From: Octopus sinensis
Taxonomy: Eukaryota
DNA length: 64,000 nucleotides
Reading direction: 5' to 3'
Assembly: GCF_006345805.1 (NCBI RefSeq)
Contig: NC_043004.1
Location: forward strand, 58,466,001 to 58,530,000
Below, piece by piece: positions 14,689 to 27,730 of the stretch. Under the pieces are notes generated by a model. The model was not told the origin of the DNA. It ran no database searches and saw only the letters and a program-made list of their open reading frames with translations. The position numbers and the translations under genes were made by a program. Every line of letters begins with the position of its first letter. Position 1 is the first letter of the stretch.

Positions 14689-16084
14689 CTTCAAAGAAAA
14701 TGTTGTGAAAACGTCATAATATAATGTACAGAGACAAAAAAAAAGAGATATTTTCAACACTTCTGCAGAGGCTTATTTAATGATCAACATACAGATTTTA
14801 AAGACTTTTATCAAACTTGATCGCCTCTCTTATCATTAATAAGTTAATTAATATCTTCTCATTCATCTACTTAATTTTAAACACATTCATATATTCATAT
14901 ATATATATATAATAAATCATCATATGCATGATGAACAGTGAGACGTAAAATGATGACTTGAATATTTATTTTTAATATATTCTGACAAATTCAGATATGA
15001 ACTTGCTAACTGATGTTGTATTCTCCTTTGATGAGCACAAGATCAATTAGCATATTTGCATTCAGATCTGTTGGAACGTATTAAGAATAGATTACTCAAG
15101 TCATTATTTATATATATAGATATATACATGTATGTATGTTTGTATATCTGAAGATAAACTAATATACTTGAATATATACACATGTAACTACATAACAGCT
15201 AATGTATGCTTATGTATATACATGTTTCTGTAAGTGGAAATTGGCATGGTGGGAAGAAAAAGGAATTCCATAAAATTTTCAAAACTAATTTAAAAGAAAG
15301 ACTAAAGTAGTTTTATTGGAACTGTAAAGAATCTTTGGTGTATGAAAAACTAAAAATATATTATTTCTGATGAAACTTTTTGTTTTCTATTTTCCGATCT
15401 AAAAAGAAAAAACTGAAAAGACATGAATAACATATTAACAACCATGATCTTCTTAGTTTATGTGAAGTGGTCATGAAAAAGAGTTATTCTGCTATATTTA
15501 TGAAAAACTTTTAAAACAGTGCATATTTAATGAGAACGGACTTTCCAAAATTATGTACACAACATCTATTTTAATCTGTGATTACTTTTATTTTTTTGAA
15601 AATCTGTCTCACCACACCTTTAACATAGTTTTATTACAAAACATCAGATTCAGCTCATTTTACCTCTATTTTAATTTTGAGATTTTTTCTTCTAAGCACA
15701 TCCAAATTGTTAATCATCATTTTAAAATTCTCATTTCACAATACATTTTCACCTAAATATTTTTACAAACACCCAAACATTTGCTTCCGTAATTATGTTG
15801 TTGATAATTTTTGAACTCGGTATAACTTTGAAATGTCTATGAAATCAAACAATGTTGTTTTCAATGTTTTAGTGATATTTGTGTTTGGTGTTACTGCGTA
15901 TTTAATATTTATTTTTACAGATATTTTGAGAAAAATTTATTTAAATCACTTCTACTTTAAAAAGAATAGCACTTTAGTTTGTTTTTGTTTTTTTCAGTAT
16001 ATCTTTTAGTAATACTAACAAACTTATTTTAAATGTTTGCATAACAATGTAAACTTTAAAAGGCTATTTTCATTTACTGATGAC

Positions 16085-16185
16085 TGTTTTTAACACACAC
16101 ATAGACACACACACATATGTGTGTGTATATATATGTATATATATGTATGTATATATATGTATATATAAATGTGTGTATATGTATA

Positions 16186-16228
<43 letters not shown>

Positions 16229-16237
16229 GTATGTATA

Positions 16238-16301
<64 letters not shown>

Positions 16302-16370
16302 CACATAAACACATACACACACACACTCACACTCACGCATGCACACACACACACGTCTATATATATCATG
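16085..16370. repeat. compound (CA)n/(TA)n/(TATG)n microsatellite
   Basis: Direct read; source of six ORF-track entries. Confidence 0.97.
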
Positions 16371-16545
16371 CTAAATACTATATTTTGAAATAAATTCAAA
16401 AAAGAATTATGGTTTTTATATTCAATACAATATAATGCTCCTTACAAATTAAATCTCAAGTTGCATTAGTTTATAAATTATTTTCTTAGTTGCAGAAATA
16501 ATTAAGGCAATTTTTCAAGACATTAAGTCGACAATATTTTTATAC

Positions 16546-16589
16546 TGAAAGCTCTTTCATAATTATCAATGGCATCTGCATTGTAGTAA
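16546..16589 (-). CDS. candidate 44-nt exon
   Basis: Reads YYNADAIDNYERAF; phases 2 to 1 join both neighbouring candidates; splice sites are only moderate. Confidence 0.25.
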
Positions 16590-17303
16590 CTCAAAGTCAG
16601 ACAAACAAATAAATGTACTTATATAAAATTATATGCTTTATATTTCTATGACTATATTTTTAGAGGTCACACATTTGAAGACTTTAATAATTATGCTTTA
16701 TAACAAAGTAAATTTTTCTATATATTTATATTTAACTGATAACTATAACGTAAACATTAGTATTACTTTTTATATATTTTTCTATGTTTACTTAGTAAAA
16801 TGTTCGATATTAGAGCTATATTTGATGCATTTTAATAAATTTTTTTAGAATTTTGGAGTGAAATATGATGGATATATTTATAAATTTATTCTATTTATAT
16901 ATCTATCTAAAATTATTTTTGAATTTAAAACCAATATAATTTAAACAAATCTGATGATGCCTATGTAATATTGTTGAATATTCTTGCATATCTTTTATAA
17001 TATATATTACAAATCAAAATGTGCTACACCCTTATGTCTTAACCACTTGATGTGGTTGATGTATGTAATTGAAATTTATTATAGATCCTGTGTGTGAAGT
17101 GAATTTGAATTTTATTCTTATTTATTTATTTATAATTTTTTTTAATGGTTTGAACATATTTTCTGCCAAGATTGACAAAATATCAGAGAACACTGCCTGT
17201 TTCAGAATTTGTTTTTCTTTAACTTGTCAATAAATTGGCAATTTTATAATGTACTCTACATTACACTGTGAACAAATAATTAACACTTTTCCAGAAGACT
17301 TAC

Positions 17304-17341
17304 TGTATAATTTGAACTCTAGATTTGCAAATCTTCAATCT
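17304..17341 (-). CDS. candidate 38-nt exon
   Basis: Acceptor GTTCTTCCAG, donor CA|GTAAGT; reads RLKICKSRVQII. Confidence 0.3.
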
Positions 17342-17702
17342 CTGGAAGAACATTACTAAAATTCAAATGAATAAAATGCTTCCTTTTTTTCAATTTTGTT
17401 TTGTCTTAATGATTTTTTGTTTTTATTTTGTTTTTGTTCTTTTATTGTCATTTTTATCTTCATTTTTTAATCCTCATTTTGGTGTAGGTTGTATAGGGTT
17501 GCAAATTCATACATTTTTTAATATATTCTGAAAGCAGAGATTTTGTTTTAAATGTCATTCACAAAGACAAGCAAATTATTAACGATGGAAACTGACATAA
17601 TTTTCCAGGTGTTAGACTGAATCCAATTCAAGATTATTCACCTCTGAACATTTTTGTTTTTATGAAAAGATAGGATGGGTATACTCTTACCACAATTTGT
17701 GC

Positions 17703-18095
17703 AGGCATTACTGTGTGTATAAGAAGCTCAGTTTACAACCACATGGTCTTGGGTTCAGTCCCTCTGCATGACACATCAAACAAGTGTTTTCTACTTTGAC
17801 CAATGCCTTGTGAATGAATTTGGTTGACAGAAACTGTGTGGAAGTCTTTTGTATATATATATGTATGTGTGTGTGTATGTCTAAGTCTACATTACTCTCC
17901 ATCCATCACTTGACAACTGGGGCTGATTTGTTTAGATCCCTGTAGATAAGTGGCTCAACAATAGGACCCAACAGAATAAGTACCAGACTTATAAATAAAT
18001 GCTGGGGTCCATTTGTTCAACTAAAACCATTCAAAGCGGTGCCTCAGAATGGTGAGGTCTAATGGTTAAAACAAATAAAAGAAATTAAAAGGAAA
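17703..18095 (+). mobile_element. old, diverged SINE family A copy
   Basis: Head, body and tail recognisable with many substitutions. Confidence 0.7.
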
Positions 18096-18169
18096 AATGT
18101 TTAGAAAGCAAAATACTTTTTTATAAAAGGACTTTGATATAGACATTTAGATATTTTACTGAGTGCCCC

Positions 18170-18437
18170 TTGACGGCCTCCTATGCCAGTGACATGTAAA
18201 AAGAACCATCCAAATGTGGTTGATGCCAGGCTCACCTGACTGGCTCCTGTGCTGGTGGCATGTAAAAAACACACACTACACTCTTAGAGTGGTTGGAATT
18301 AGGAAGGGCATCTAGCTGTAGAAACATTGCCAGATCATATTGGAGCTTGGTGCTACTGCTGGCCCTCCAGCCCTCAGTCAAACCATCCAGCTCATGCCAG
18401 CATGAAATCATACGTTAAACAATGATGATGATGATGA
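18170..18437 (+). mobile_element. SINE family B, 3' portion
   Basis: ...GGAAGGGCATCTAGCTGTAGAAAC...CATGCCAGCATG...GTTAAACAATGATGATG. Confidence 0.8.
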
Positions 18438-19058
18438 CAAGTCTTTTATAATTTGTTCAAAAAATAATTTACATTTATTCTCCAAATCTAAATCTGTCAC
18501 CTTAAACAATCAGTACTAGATTCATTATTTCTTATGAAATTTTACATTGATATAATTCAAACTGCCCATCACTTTTATGTCAAATCTGAAATGATAATAG
18601 AGCATTAAGAATATTTTGAATTAAACTACTCTAATAGGTGGTGTTAGCAATTTACTTATCATTATATTCTCTAATTAGTGTTTGACTTTGTCAGCTACTT
18701 CATGTTTAATGACTTTGTCCGTGTGGTGTATAGAGTAACTTAAACCAGCTCTTTAATATATTCACTAATTCCTTCTCTTATAACAAGTGGAGTAGGAAAA
18801 TGCAAGTAAAATACTTTCTAATCATGGTGCTGAATCTGATAGTTCAGAATTCAATGGAACTAAAATTATTTCACAGCAATTTCAAATAGAGTAAATGAAA
18901 ATATAATGATTTTTTCAAACACTTATTAAAATATAAATTTTCCAGAATATTATGATTTTTAACTTTTATGTTCTGAAAGACATATGGGTGTGTGTATGTG
19001 TGCTTGCATGTATGTATGTACATATATGTGTGTATATATTTATATGTATATTTATATA

Positions 19059-19101
<43 letters not shown>

Positions 19102-19566
19102 GAGTAGACAAATGAAAGAAAGGTACTCAACACATTTGTTGGGGGTTACATGTATGGATCATAACAGTTTGATTCAAACTCCTTGGTACTCTGGGTTTCT
19201 ACACTTGAAATCAGAGTACCAAGGAATCAGAATCAAACTGTTTTGATCTCTCTCTATATATATATGCAATGACATATACATACAGACATGCATTTTGCAA
19301 GTGATTCTAGGAGTGAACACAGTAAACTATATTAAGTGGCAACATAATGTGTATGTATGCATGTATGTACGGATGTATGTATGCATGTAGGTATCACAGC
19401 TGTCATCACATGTTAATTCAGTTCTTGATTTTGCTTCCCTTTATGCTCATCCACTCTCTTCCTTCACCAATATTAAACTAATGACAATTATTGCTGTCCT
19501 TTGTTGACGTTCATTAATTAATTTTGCTTGTGTGTGTGTGTGTTTGTATATATATATATATATATG

Positions 19567-19930
19567 TATATTAGAAGAAATGAGGTACTCAGAAATCCGG
19601 CTGGTTTTATATTTACAGATATTTATGAGCATGTTTTTACACATCATATACCATATATCATATATTAACACTTTCATCCATTCTGGTGGAGTCTTCAAAT
19701 TGAACTAAGTTTTTGCAGGAATTTTGACTCTTTTTTTAGTACTATAAAAATAATACTATAAAAAGAGTCAAAATTCCTGCAAAAACTTAGTTCAATTTGA
19801 ATACTCCACTAGAATGGACGAAAGCGCTAATATATGATATATGATATATAAAAACATGTAACATTCTAATAAATATCTGTAAATATAAAACCATCTGGAT
19901 TTCTGAGTACCTCATTTCTTCTAATATATA
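19567..19930. mobile_element. about 365-bp fold-back element with a degenerate hammerhead-like motif in each arm
   Basis: Arms about 19567-19737 and 19759-19930 are reverse complements (TATTAGAAGAAATGAGGTACTCAGAAATCC... / ...GGATTTCTGAGTACCTCATTTCTTCTAATA); flanked by (TA)n. Confidence 0.88.
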
Positions 19931-20103
19931 ATACCTGTACATCATCTCCAAACCTTCTAATATATATATATATATATATATATCTAAATACATACATTTG
20001 CATATAAATATATATGAGGATATTATTGTTTATAATAATATCAGTGGCTTAGCAAGTGTAAAAAAAAACCCATGAAGGTAAAATTATCAGTTAATAATTA
20101 ACC

Positions 20104-20333
20104 GTACAGACAGGTGGTATCGACATGCTAACATAGCAGTCAAAATGATCAAACCACAAGTTTTCACTTAAACACAAAGGTAAAAGCAAGCAAATAAATA
20201 AAAACCCTCAGACTCCGTACCAATGATGAAAAATAATCAAAATTGCCAGCTTTCACCTTTGTGTTTAAGTGAAAAATTGTGGTTTGGTCATTTTTGTTTA
20301 CTATGTTAGCATGCCGGTACCACCTGTCAGTAC
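20104..20333. mobile_element. MITE-like fold-back element with about 80-bp inverted arms
   Basis: GACAGGTGGTATCGACATGCTAACATAG...CACTTAAACACAAAGGT versus ACCTTTGTGTTTAAGTG...CTATGTTAGCATGCCGGTACCACCTGTC. Confidence 0.8.
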
Positions 20334-20413
20334 CCTAAATAATTAATTGTTACATTTGCATATATATATATACATGTGTGTATGTATTTATAATGTACTG
20401 CTTCATGTACATT

Positions 20414-20460
<47 letters not shown>

Positions 20461-20811
20461 GTATGTATATGTATATATATCATTCTATACCTTTTGTACA
20501 AAAACACACACTGCTCACTCAATACACCGTATTGAAAAGTCTATCATAAGTGAATCCTGGTATAGTAGATCCTTTCCTCATACTGAAGAAAGGGCATTAG
20601 TCAACTGTACTTGTTAAGTCAGAAATAATGGAAAAGGAATGCTAGTCAGGATATTTAATGGTATTAGGTGCTTTTGGTTGTGACATGGTTGGTCAGGTAA
20701 TTAGTCATGTGATTGGTCATGCTCCAGATGATGTCTCTTTTTGTGACAAGTATGTGGAAACAGTTCATTGCAGCTAATTATATTTGGTTGGTTGTTTTGC
20801 TGATAAGATGT

Positions 20812-21195
20812 GGAAGCACTCCGTCGGTTACGATGACGAGGGTTCCAGTTGATCCGAATCAACGGAACAGCCTGCTCGTGAAATTAATGTGTAAGTGGCT
20901 GAGCACTCCACAGACACGTGTACCCTTAACGTAGTTCTCGGGGATATTCAGCGTGACACAGAGAGTGACAAGGCCGCCCCTTTGAAATACAGGTACAACA
21001 GAAACAGGAAGTAAGAGTGAGAGAAAGTTGTGGTGAAAGAGTACAGCAGGGATCGCCACCATCCCCTGCCGGAGCCTCGTGGAGCTTTAGGTGTTTTCGC
21101 TCAATAAACACTCACAACGCCCGGTCTGGGAATCGAAACCGCGATCCTACGACCACGAGTTCACTGCCCTAACCACTGGGCCATTGCGCTTCCTT
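20812..21195 (-). mobile_element. SINE family C (tRNA-derived head)
   Basis: Head GCGCAATGGCCCAGTGGTTAGG...GTTTCGATTCC with A/B boxes; imperfect TSD GATAAGATGT/GATGAGATGT; near-identical to 48363-48747. Confidence 0.92.
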
Positions 21196-21532
21196 GATGA
21201 GATGTATACTTTTAGACAAGCATCAACAAGTGGTTCAACTCCAGAGATATTCACATGGATTACTGAGAAACCAATGGTATGCTTGGATATGCAATAAGTC
21301 ATGTGAAGATGGCCAGTTTATTGGTAATGTTTATTCTTTATGAAAGTCCACTTTGCAGTATATAGTGACAAGATGAGATGAGTTCAGTTTTTGGCTATGT
21401 ACCAAAATTTTTGTTGACTAACTGCAAAGTACATCCACCCATGGCCAGGTACTTGATGAAAACAAATACACAAAGGACTCATCCAGTCAGGTGACCAATC
21501 ACAAGTTCAGTCATGCTACTAACCACATAAAT

Positions 21533-21767
21533 CAGTGCTTCTCAACCATTTTTTTACCTATGGAGCCCTTTGATTCTTATTTTAATTATATGGACTCTCG
21601 TAACCATTTGATGTCTAAAAAATTTCATATTTTTATGATTAAATATTATTAGGAATATTTTGTGTGTAGTAGAAATAAAACCAATTTATTGCACATAAAT
21701 TTTAACAACAAAATCTTATATGCCCCACCCCCCCAAGGGATATATGGACCCCAATTGAGAACCATTG
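21533..21767. mobile_element. hAT (Charlie-like) MITE
   Basis: Termini CAGTGCTTCTCAAC / ATTGAGAACCATTG; degenerate 8-bp TSD ACATAAAT/ATATGAAT. Confidence 0.75.
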
Positions 21768-22152
21768 ATATGAATGATCATGTGATTAAACCTATGCAGA
21801 ACCACTTGCTGATAACTGTGTAATAGAAAAGGTGTCATGTACATGTGTACAGCCCTCTTGATTGGTACTGAAGTAAGAAGAAATCTTCACTGCGGAGACC
21901 TTTCAAAAATAGCAGACATCATCCCCAATATCACTAACCATGTGACTAATCTAACACTAGCTAAACAACCAATCAAAAGATGCCTAATACCTTTAATTAC
22001 TCTGTCTATAGTTCCATTCCCAATAGTTCAAATGTACAGACAAGTGTGATCAGCTATTATGAGCCACACAAAACTTTTGGATAGGAGGAAATATTCCATT
22101 TTAGCAACACAAAATTATATAAGTATAAATATCTATATCTCTCAATCTCTAC

Positions 22153-22201
<49 letters not shown>

Positions 22202-22393
22202 CTCTCTCTCTCTCTTTCTTTCTCTCTCTCTTTGTATGTATACACACACACATGCACACACACACACACACACATGTATGTATATAGGTATATATGTACA
22301 TCTATGATTTTTGTAGAATTTTGTTCAGTTGAAGTGGACTACTTTTATATTTAGTACTCAATACATGATAAAAGGATAAAATTTTATATAGAG

Positions 22394-22575
22394 CAGTGGT
22401 TCCCAACTTGGGGTCCACAGACCCCTGGTGGTCCGCAAAGGTAGTATTGGAGGGTCCATGAGCTAAATTCAAAATTTCATATATGCATATACACATAAGG
22501 ATAAGCATATTAAAAGGGGCCCGTAGGAAAACTCATTTAAATAATAGGGTTGGGAATCACTGTTGAGAACCACTG
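22394..22575. mobile_element. hAT (Charlie-like) MITE with a doubled right terminus
   Basis: CAGTGGTTCCCAAC ... GTTGGGAATCACTG TTGAGAACCACTG; TSD ATATAGAG/ATCTAGAG. Confidence 0.82.
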
Positions 22576-22691
22576 ATCTAGAGCATTACATAATAATGGC
22601 TTCAACTAATACAAACATATTCAATGAAATATGCTCAAACGAAAACGACATTGTTCCCTACTTACATATACACACATGCACATATATATAT

Positions 22692-23092
22692 TTACTCTTT
22701 TACTTGTTTCAGTCATTTGACTGCGGCCATGCTGGAGCACCGCCTTTAATCGAGCAACTCGGCCCCGGGACTTATTCTTTTGTAAGCCCAGTACTTATTC
22801 TATCGGTCTCTTTTGCCGAACCGCTAAGTAACAGGGACGTAAACACACCAGCATCGGTTGTTAAGCAATGCTAGGGGGACAAACACAAACACACAAACAT
22901 ACACACACACACACATATATATATATACATATATACGACGAGCTTGTTTCAGTTTCCGTCTATCAAATCCACTCACAAGGCATTGGTCGGCCTGGGGCTA
23001 TAGCAGAAGACACTTGCCCAAGGTGCCACGCAGTGGGACAGAACCCGGAACCATGTGGTTGGTTAGCAAGCTACTTACCACACAGCCACTCC
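22692..23092 (-). mobile_element. SINE family A, young copy
   Basis: Full head-body-microsatellite-tail structure, highly similar to the other family A copies. Confidence 0.93.
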
Positions 23093-23184
23093 ATCCTTAC
23101 ACACACATACACACATATGTATGTATATATATATGTATGTGTATATATATATATATATACACATACATATATATATACATATAT

Positions 23185-23300
23185 ACATATATCATCATCA
23201 TCATCATCATCATCGTTTAACATCCGTTCTCCATGCTAGCATGGGTTGGACGGTTCGACCGGGGTTCTGGGAAGCCAGAAGGCTGCACCAGGCTCCAGTC
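23185..23300 (-). mobile_element. SINE family B, 3' end only
   Basis: (CAT)n GTTTAACATCCG...CCATGCTAGCATGGGTTGGACGGTTC. Confidence 0.85.
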
Positions 23301-24496
23301 ATGTACATATATATATTTATATATATATACATACATATATATACACACACATTTTTATTTATTTATTCTAGAAAAAACTGATGATTGCCAGAAAAACATT
23401 AGAGAGAACACATTGAGATATTTAGATATGACTTTCTTTTCTTCACTGAGAGGGATTTTGAGATTTGTGAGAAAGAAGTCTCTTCAAACTAGAAATATGA
23501 ACTGAAAGCTTCCAATGTGTTGGCTTTACTCATGGTATATAATGGTAGTCTTGATTCGGGTAGTAGATTAAGTCTACCATTCCAGAGCAGGAACGATACA
23601 TCAGTGTAGTTTTAATTAACTAAATTTTACTTGCAAGCCCTTGATCAGCATGAAGTGATGACAGAAAGCATTTTGCCAAAGGTTCTGCTGGACAGCGTCA
23701 GATCTGAAGCCACATAGCTGTGTAATTGTGAAGTAATCTTTATAATCTCATATTCATGCCTGTAACCTAGGAACTAAGACAAAAAGTAGATAATTTGGTT
23801 TTGATGAGTATAATATGAAACTAATTAGAGAGAATTGTATAAAGCCTTAAATTTGCCTTAGTCAAATGTTTTGCCCCTTGATTTGATAAATACCTTTGTC
23901 AAACTCAAACTTCAGGATTCAATAATTGTGTTTAAGTCTCTCACATATGCGCAGTGGCCTTCCTTATATCAATCAATGCATTTAAACCATCTCATTGCAT
24001 CCTAATATTCAATTTCACAGAGAAAATTAACTGTCAGAGACTTGGGAGACTACATAAGGCTTAATTATAGTCAAGGTTTGATGGCAATCTGATATGCAGT
24101 AATTACTTAGAAAAAAACAGTCTTTACTTTGAAAGCAATTAGAATATCAATTTCCGATTTTTGTCTATGTTCTAAATTTGCCTATATTGACATTGCTTTT
24201 CATCTTCCAAGAAGTTGTAAAATAAGTACAAGTAAAATAACTGGGATGACTAAAGCCACTACTTCTCTCCCCATAAATATGTAGCTCTGCATCATAGTTA
24301 GGAGGAAGTTGTTCACAGAGGATGATTATTAGATGGTAAATCTTGAATTAAAAGTAATTTAGGTAACAAATTACTATTATTTAGGTAGTGTACTTTATCT
24401 AAAGTGTTATATAATGTTACATTATGCAAGTGTTCCATAGTATTACAGGTAAAATACCACACTTGAATTGAACAGCATAAGTTATTTATTATATAA

Positions 24497-24897
24497 TCTT
24501 TATATATAAAAGTGAGGTTGTGTGCTGTCTGTCTCCTACGATTTAGATTCCTAACTACTCCCACATTTTGCGGTGCAGTTTAACCAAAACCGGGTATCTT
24601 ATAGTCGTGATTCATATCGAGCCCTTCTGGGTATTAACGCATGTCTACGATGAGTCTACGATTTAAAAAAAATTTACCATCATTTTTTTCCATTTTAATG
24701 CATTTTTTTCGCTATTATATAAGGGAAGTAACTCTCTTAAAATGTCTACGAAGAGTCAACGATTTATAAAAAAAGTTTACCATAATTTTTTTTCCATTTT
24801 TAATGCATTTTTTTCTACTTTTTGGCTATAACTCTCTAAAAATGCTTATATAGTTATTTCCCTTACAAACCCAAGCAACGCCGGGCAATACTGCTAG
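24497..24897 (+). mobile_element. non-autonomous Helitron
   Basis: A|TC 5' end (TCTTTATATATAAAAGTG), 3' hairpin CCCAAGCAACGCCGGG, then CTAG|T; internal tandem duplication; second copy at 51563-51960. Confidence 0.9.
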
Positions 24898-25020
24898 TAA
24901 TATATATAATGGTATAATACAAGTGAAAAAGTCACAATATATACACATACACATATATACATATATTCGCACATACATACATACATACATACATACATAC
25001 ATACATACACACATGTATAC

Positions 25021-25438
25021 TCTTTTACTCTTTTACTTGTTTCAGTCATTTGACTGTGGCCATGCTGGAGCACCGCCTTTAGTCGAGCAACTCGATCCCG
25101 GGACTTATTCTTTTCGTAAGCCCAGTACTTATTCTATCGGTCTCTTTTTTTTTTTTTTGCCGAACCGCTAAGTGACGGGGACGTAAACGCACCAGCATCG
25201 GTTGTCAAGCAATGCTAGGAGAACAAACACACACACAAACACACACACATACATATATATATATATACATATATACGACAGGCTTCTTTCAGTTTCCGTC
25301 TACCAAATCCACTCACAAGGCATTGGTCGGCCCGGGGCTATAGCAGAAGACACTTGCCCAAGGTGCCATGCAGTGGGACTGAACCCAGAATCATGTGGTT
25401 TGTTAGCAAGCTACTTACCACACAGCCACTCCTGCGCC
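25021..25438 (-). mobile_element. SINE family A, young copy
   Basis: Full structure; head reads GGCGCAGGAGTGGCTGTGTGGTAAG on the minus strand. Confidence 0.93.
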
Positions 25439-25736
25439 TATGTATATGTATATGTATAAAATATGTATACAGTGAATGGATAAGAACAAGAAAGTGGCAC
25501 TCAGCACAGTTAGGAGTTACATACATCTTTTAATAACTGTTGACTCAACTCCATATGATTTGAGGTTTTGTGGCTCTGTAGAATGTGTGTATCTTATAAG
25601 AAGTCAGATGGACACATTCAACATACCTATGAAACAAGTGGAACTGAGCCAAACTGTTATTAATATATACTTATATATGTCTATGTGCATATGTATGCAT
25701 GCATGTGTATGTGTGTGTGTGTGTGTGTGTGTGTAT

Positions 25737-26152
25737 ACTCTTTACTCTCTTTTACTCTTTTACTTGTTTCAGTCATTTGACTGCGTCCATGCTGGAGCAC
25801 CACCTTCAATCGAGCAACTCGACCCTGGGACTTATTCTTTTGTAAGCCCAGTACTTATTCTATCGGTCTCTTTTGCCGAACCGCTAAGTAACGGGGACAT
25901 AAACACACCAGCATCGGTTGTCAAGCAATGCTAGGGGGACAAACACAGACACACAAACACACACACATATATATATATATACATATATATGACGGGCTTC
26001 TTTCAGTTTCCGTCTACCAAATCCACTCACAAGGCATTGGTCGGCCCAGGGCTAAGGCAGAAGACACTTGCCCAAGATGCCACGCAGTGGGACTGAACCC
26101 CTAACCATGTGACTGGTTAGCAAGCTACTTACCACACAGCCACTGCTGCGCC
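25737..26152 (-). mobile_element. SINE family A, young copy
   Basis: Full structure. Confidence 0.93.
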
Positions 26153-26427
26153 TACATATAAATATCAAAATGTAACCACATGTGGATCGTTGGTGATCTT
26201 TTTGCTCCAAATTCTTTTGTTTTGGACTTTCCTCCGTCTCCTGTTTCTGGCAAAGAGCTTTGCTTAAAGCCACCTTTCTTTCCTGCCCTGAGTGTATGCT
26301 AATACTTTACATGTACCACGTCCTCGCGTTGTTGTTTTTACTTGTGTTTGTTCTTCGTTTTTGGGATTTACTATATATATATTCATAACCAGGCATCTGG
26401 TGCATATCAAGTAGATGCACCTGGTGG

Positions 26428-26480
<53 letters not shown>

Positions 26481-26734
26481 ATATATATATATAATATATA
26501 TATATATATATGTATATATATATGTATATATATATGTATATATATATATTCGTGGGGAGTGGGTGAGTCAATTACATCAACCCCAATGCTCACCTGGCAT
26601 TTAATTTATCAACCTTGAAAGGATGAATAACAAATGAAACTCAGTGGAATCTGAACTCAGAATGTAAAGACAGAAGAAATGCTACTAAGCACTTTGCTTG
26701 GTGTACTAATGGTTCTGCCAGTTCATTGGCTTAA

Positions 26735-26954
26735 CCCTTTTGCTACTGTATATATTTTGAGATGCTCTGTGTTTCTTTCAATTATTTTAAATATAACATA
26801 GAATTTAGTAAAATAACTTAGTTATCATTAAGCTAGTGTTAGGAACATAAATTGTGACTAAGGCTTGGTGGAATATTCTAATTCAAAACTTATGAAAACA
26901 AGACATTTTACCACAGAGTCAGAGCTGGTTTTGGCCAGGTTAGTAACAAAAGGG
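26735..26954. mobile_element. piggyBac-type MITE
   Basis: TTAA|CCCTTTTGCTAC ... GTAACAAAAGGG|TTAA; three copies in the window. Confidence 0.9.
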
Positions 26955-27085
26955 TTAATTTTAGGGAATTAACATTAATTCCCTAAAATAGTAGTTTTTG
27001 TAAAACTAAATACTTGTCAACACTTTGTTCTGAAGCATATATCTATTGAATTCTACACCAGATTATTAGTCTCACAATGCCTGTA

Positions 27086-27146
<61 letters not shown>

Positions 27147-27164
27147 ATATGTATGTATGCTTTT

Positions 27165-27387
27165 ATTCTTTTACTTGTTTCAGTCATTTGACTATAGCTA
27201 TGCTAGAGCACTGCTTTGAAGGGTTTTAGTCAAACTAGTCGACCCCAAGATTTATTTTTTAAACCCCTTGTATTTATTCTAACAGTCTCTTTTGGTGAAC
27301 TGCTAAGTTTTGGGAACATGAACACACCAGCACCGGTTGTGAAATGGTGATGAGGATACAAACACAGACACAAAGACACACACACAG

Positions 27388-27435
<48 letters not shown>

Positions 27436-27601
27436 TATAGATATATAATATATATATATATACACACACAATGGGCATCTCTTAGTGTCCATCTACCAAA
27501 TCTACTCACAAGGCTTTGGTCAGCCTGAGGCTAGTGTAGAAGACACGAGGTATTATGCAGTGGACCTGAATCCAGAACCATGTGGTTGGGAAGCAAGCTT
27601 C
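27165..27601 (-). mobile_element. diverged SINE family A copy
   Basis: Tail, (TA)n and head recognisable. Confidence 0.8.
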
Positions 27602-27652
27602 TTAGTCTCCTAGTTGCCTCAATATATATATGTGTGTGTGTGTTTGTGTATG

Positions 27653-27683
<31 letters not shown>

Positions 27684-27730
27684 GCACATACGCACATATA
27701 TAAGTGTTATATGTGTATATAATGCACAAT

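Noticed and set aside
4490-24000. Apparent long coding segments on minus (about 4500-4790, 7300-7480, 12990-13260, 13600-13880, 18660-18880, 23890-24000) that read well if in-frame stops become Trp/Sec (A-to-I or selenocysteine recoding) or if +1 frameshifts are allowed
   Set aside because: They need a rescue about every 12-20 codons, which is what random AT-rich DNA gives. No homologue was recognised, and nearby young SINEs show no indel-error pattern. Not supportable without transcript data.
26240-26275. Hammerhead-like GAGC-TTT-GCTT hairpin in a repeat-like block
   Set aside because: Both CUGANGA and GAAA are broken; too degenerate to call.
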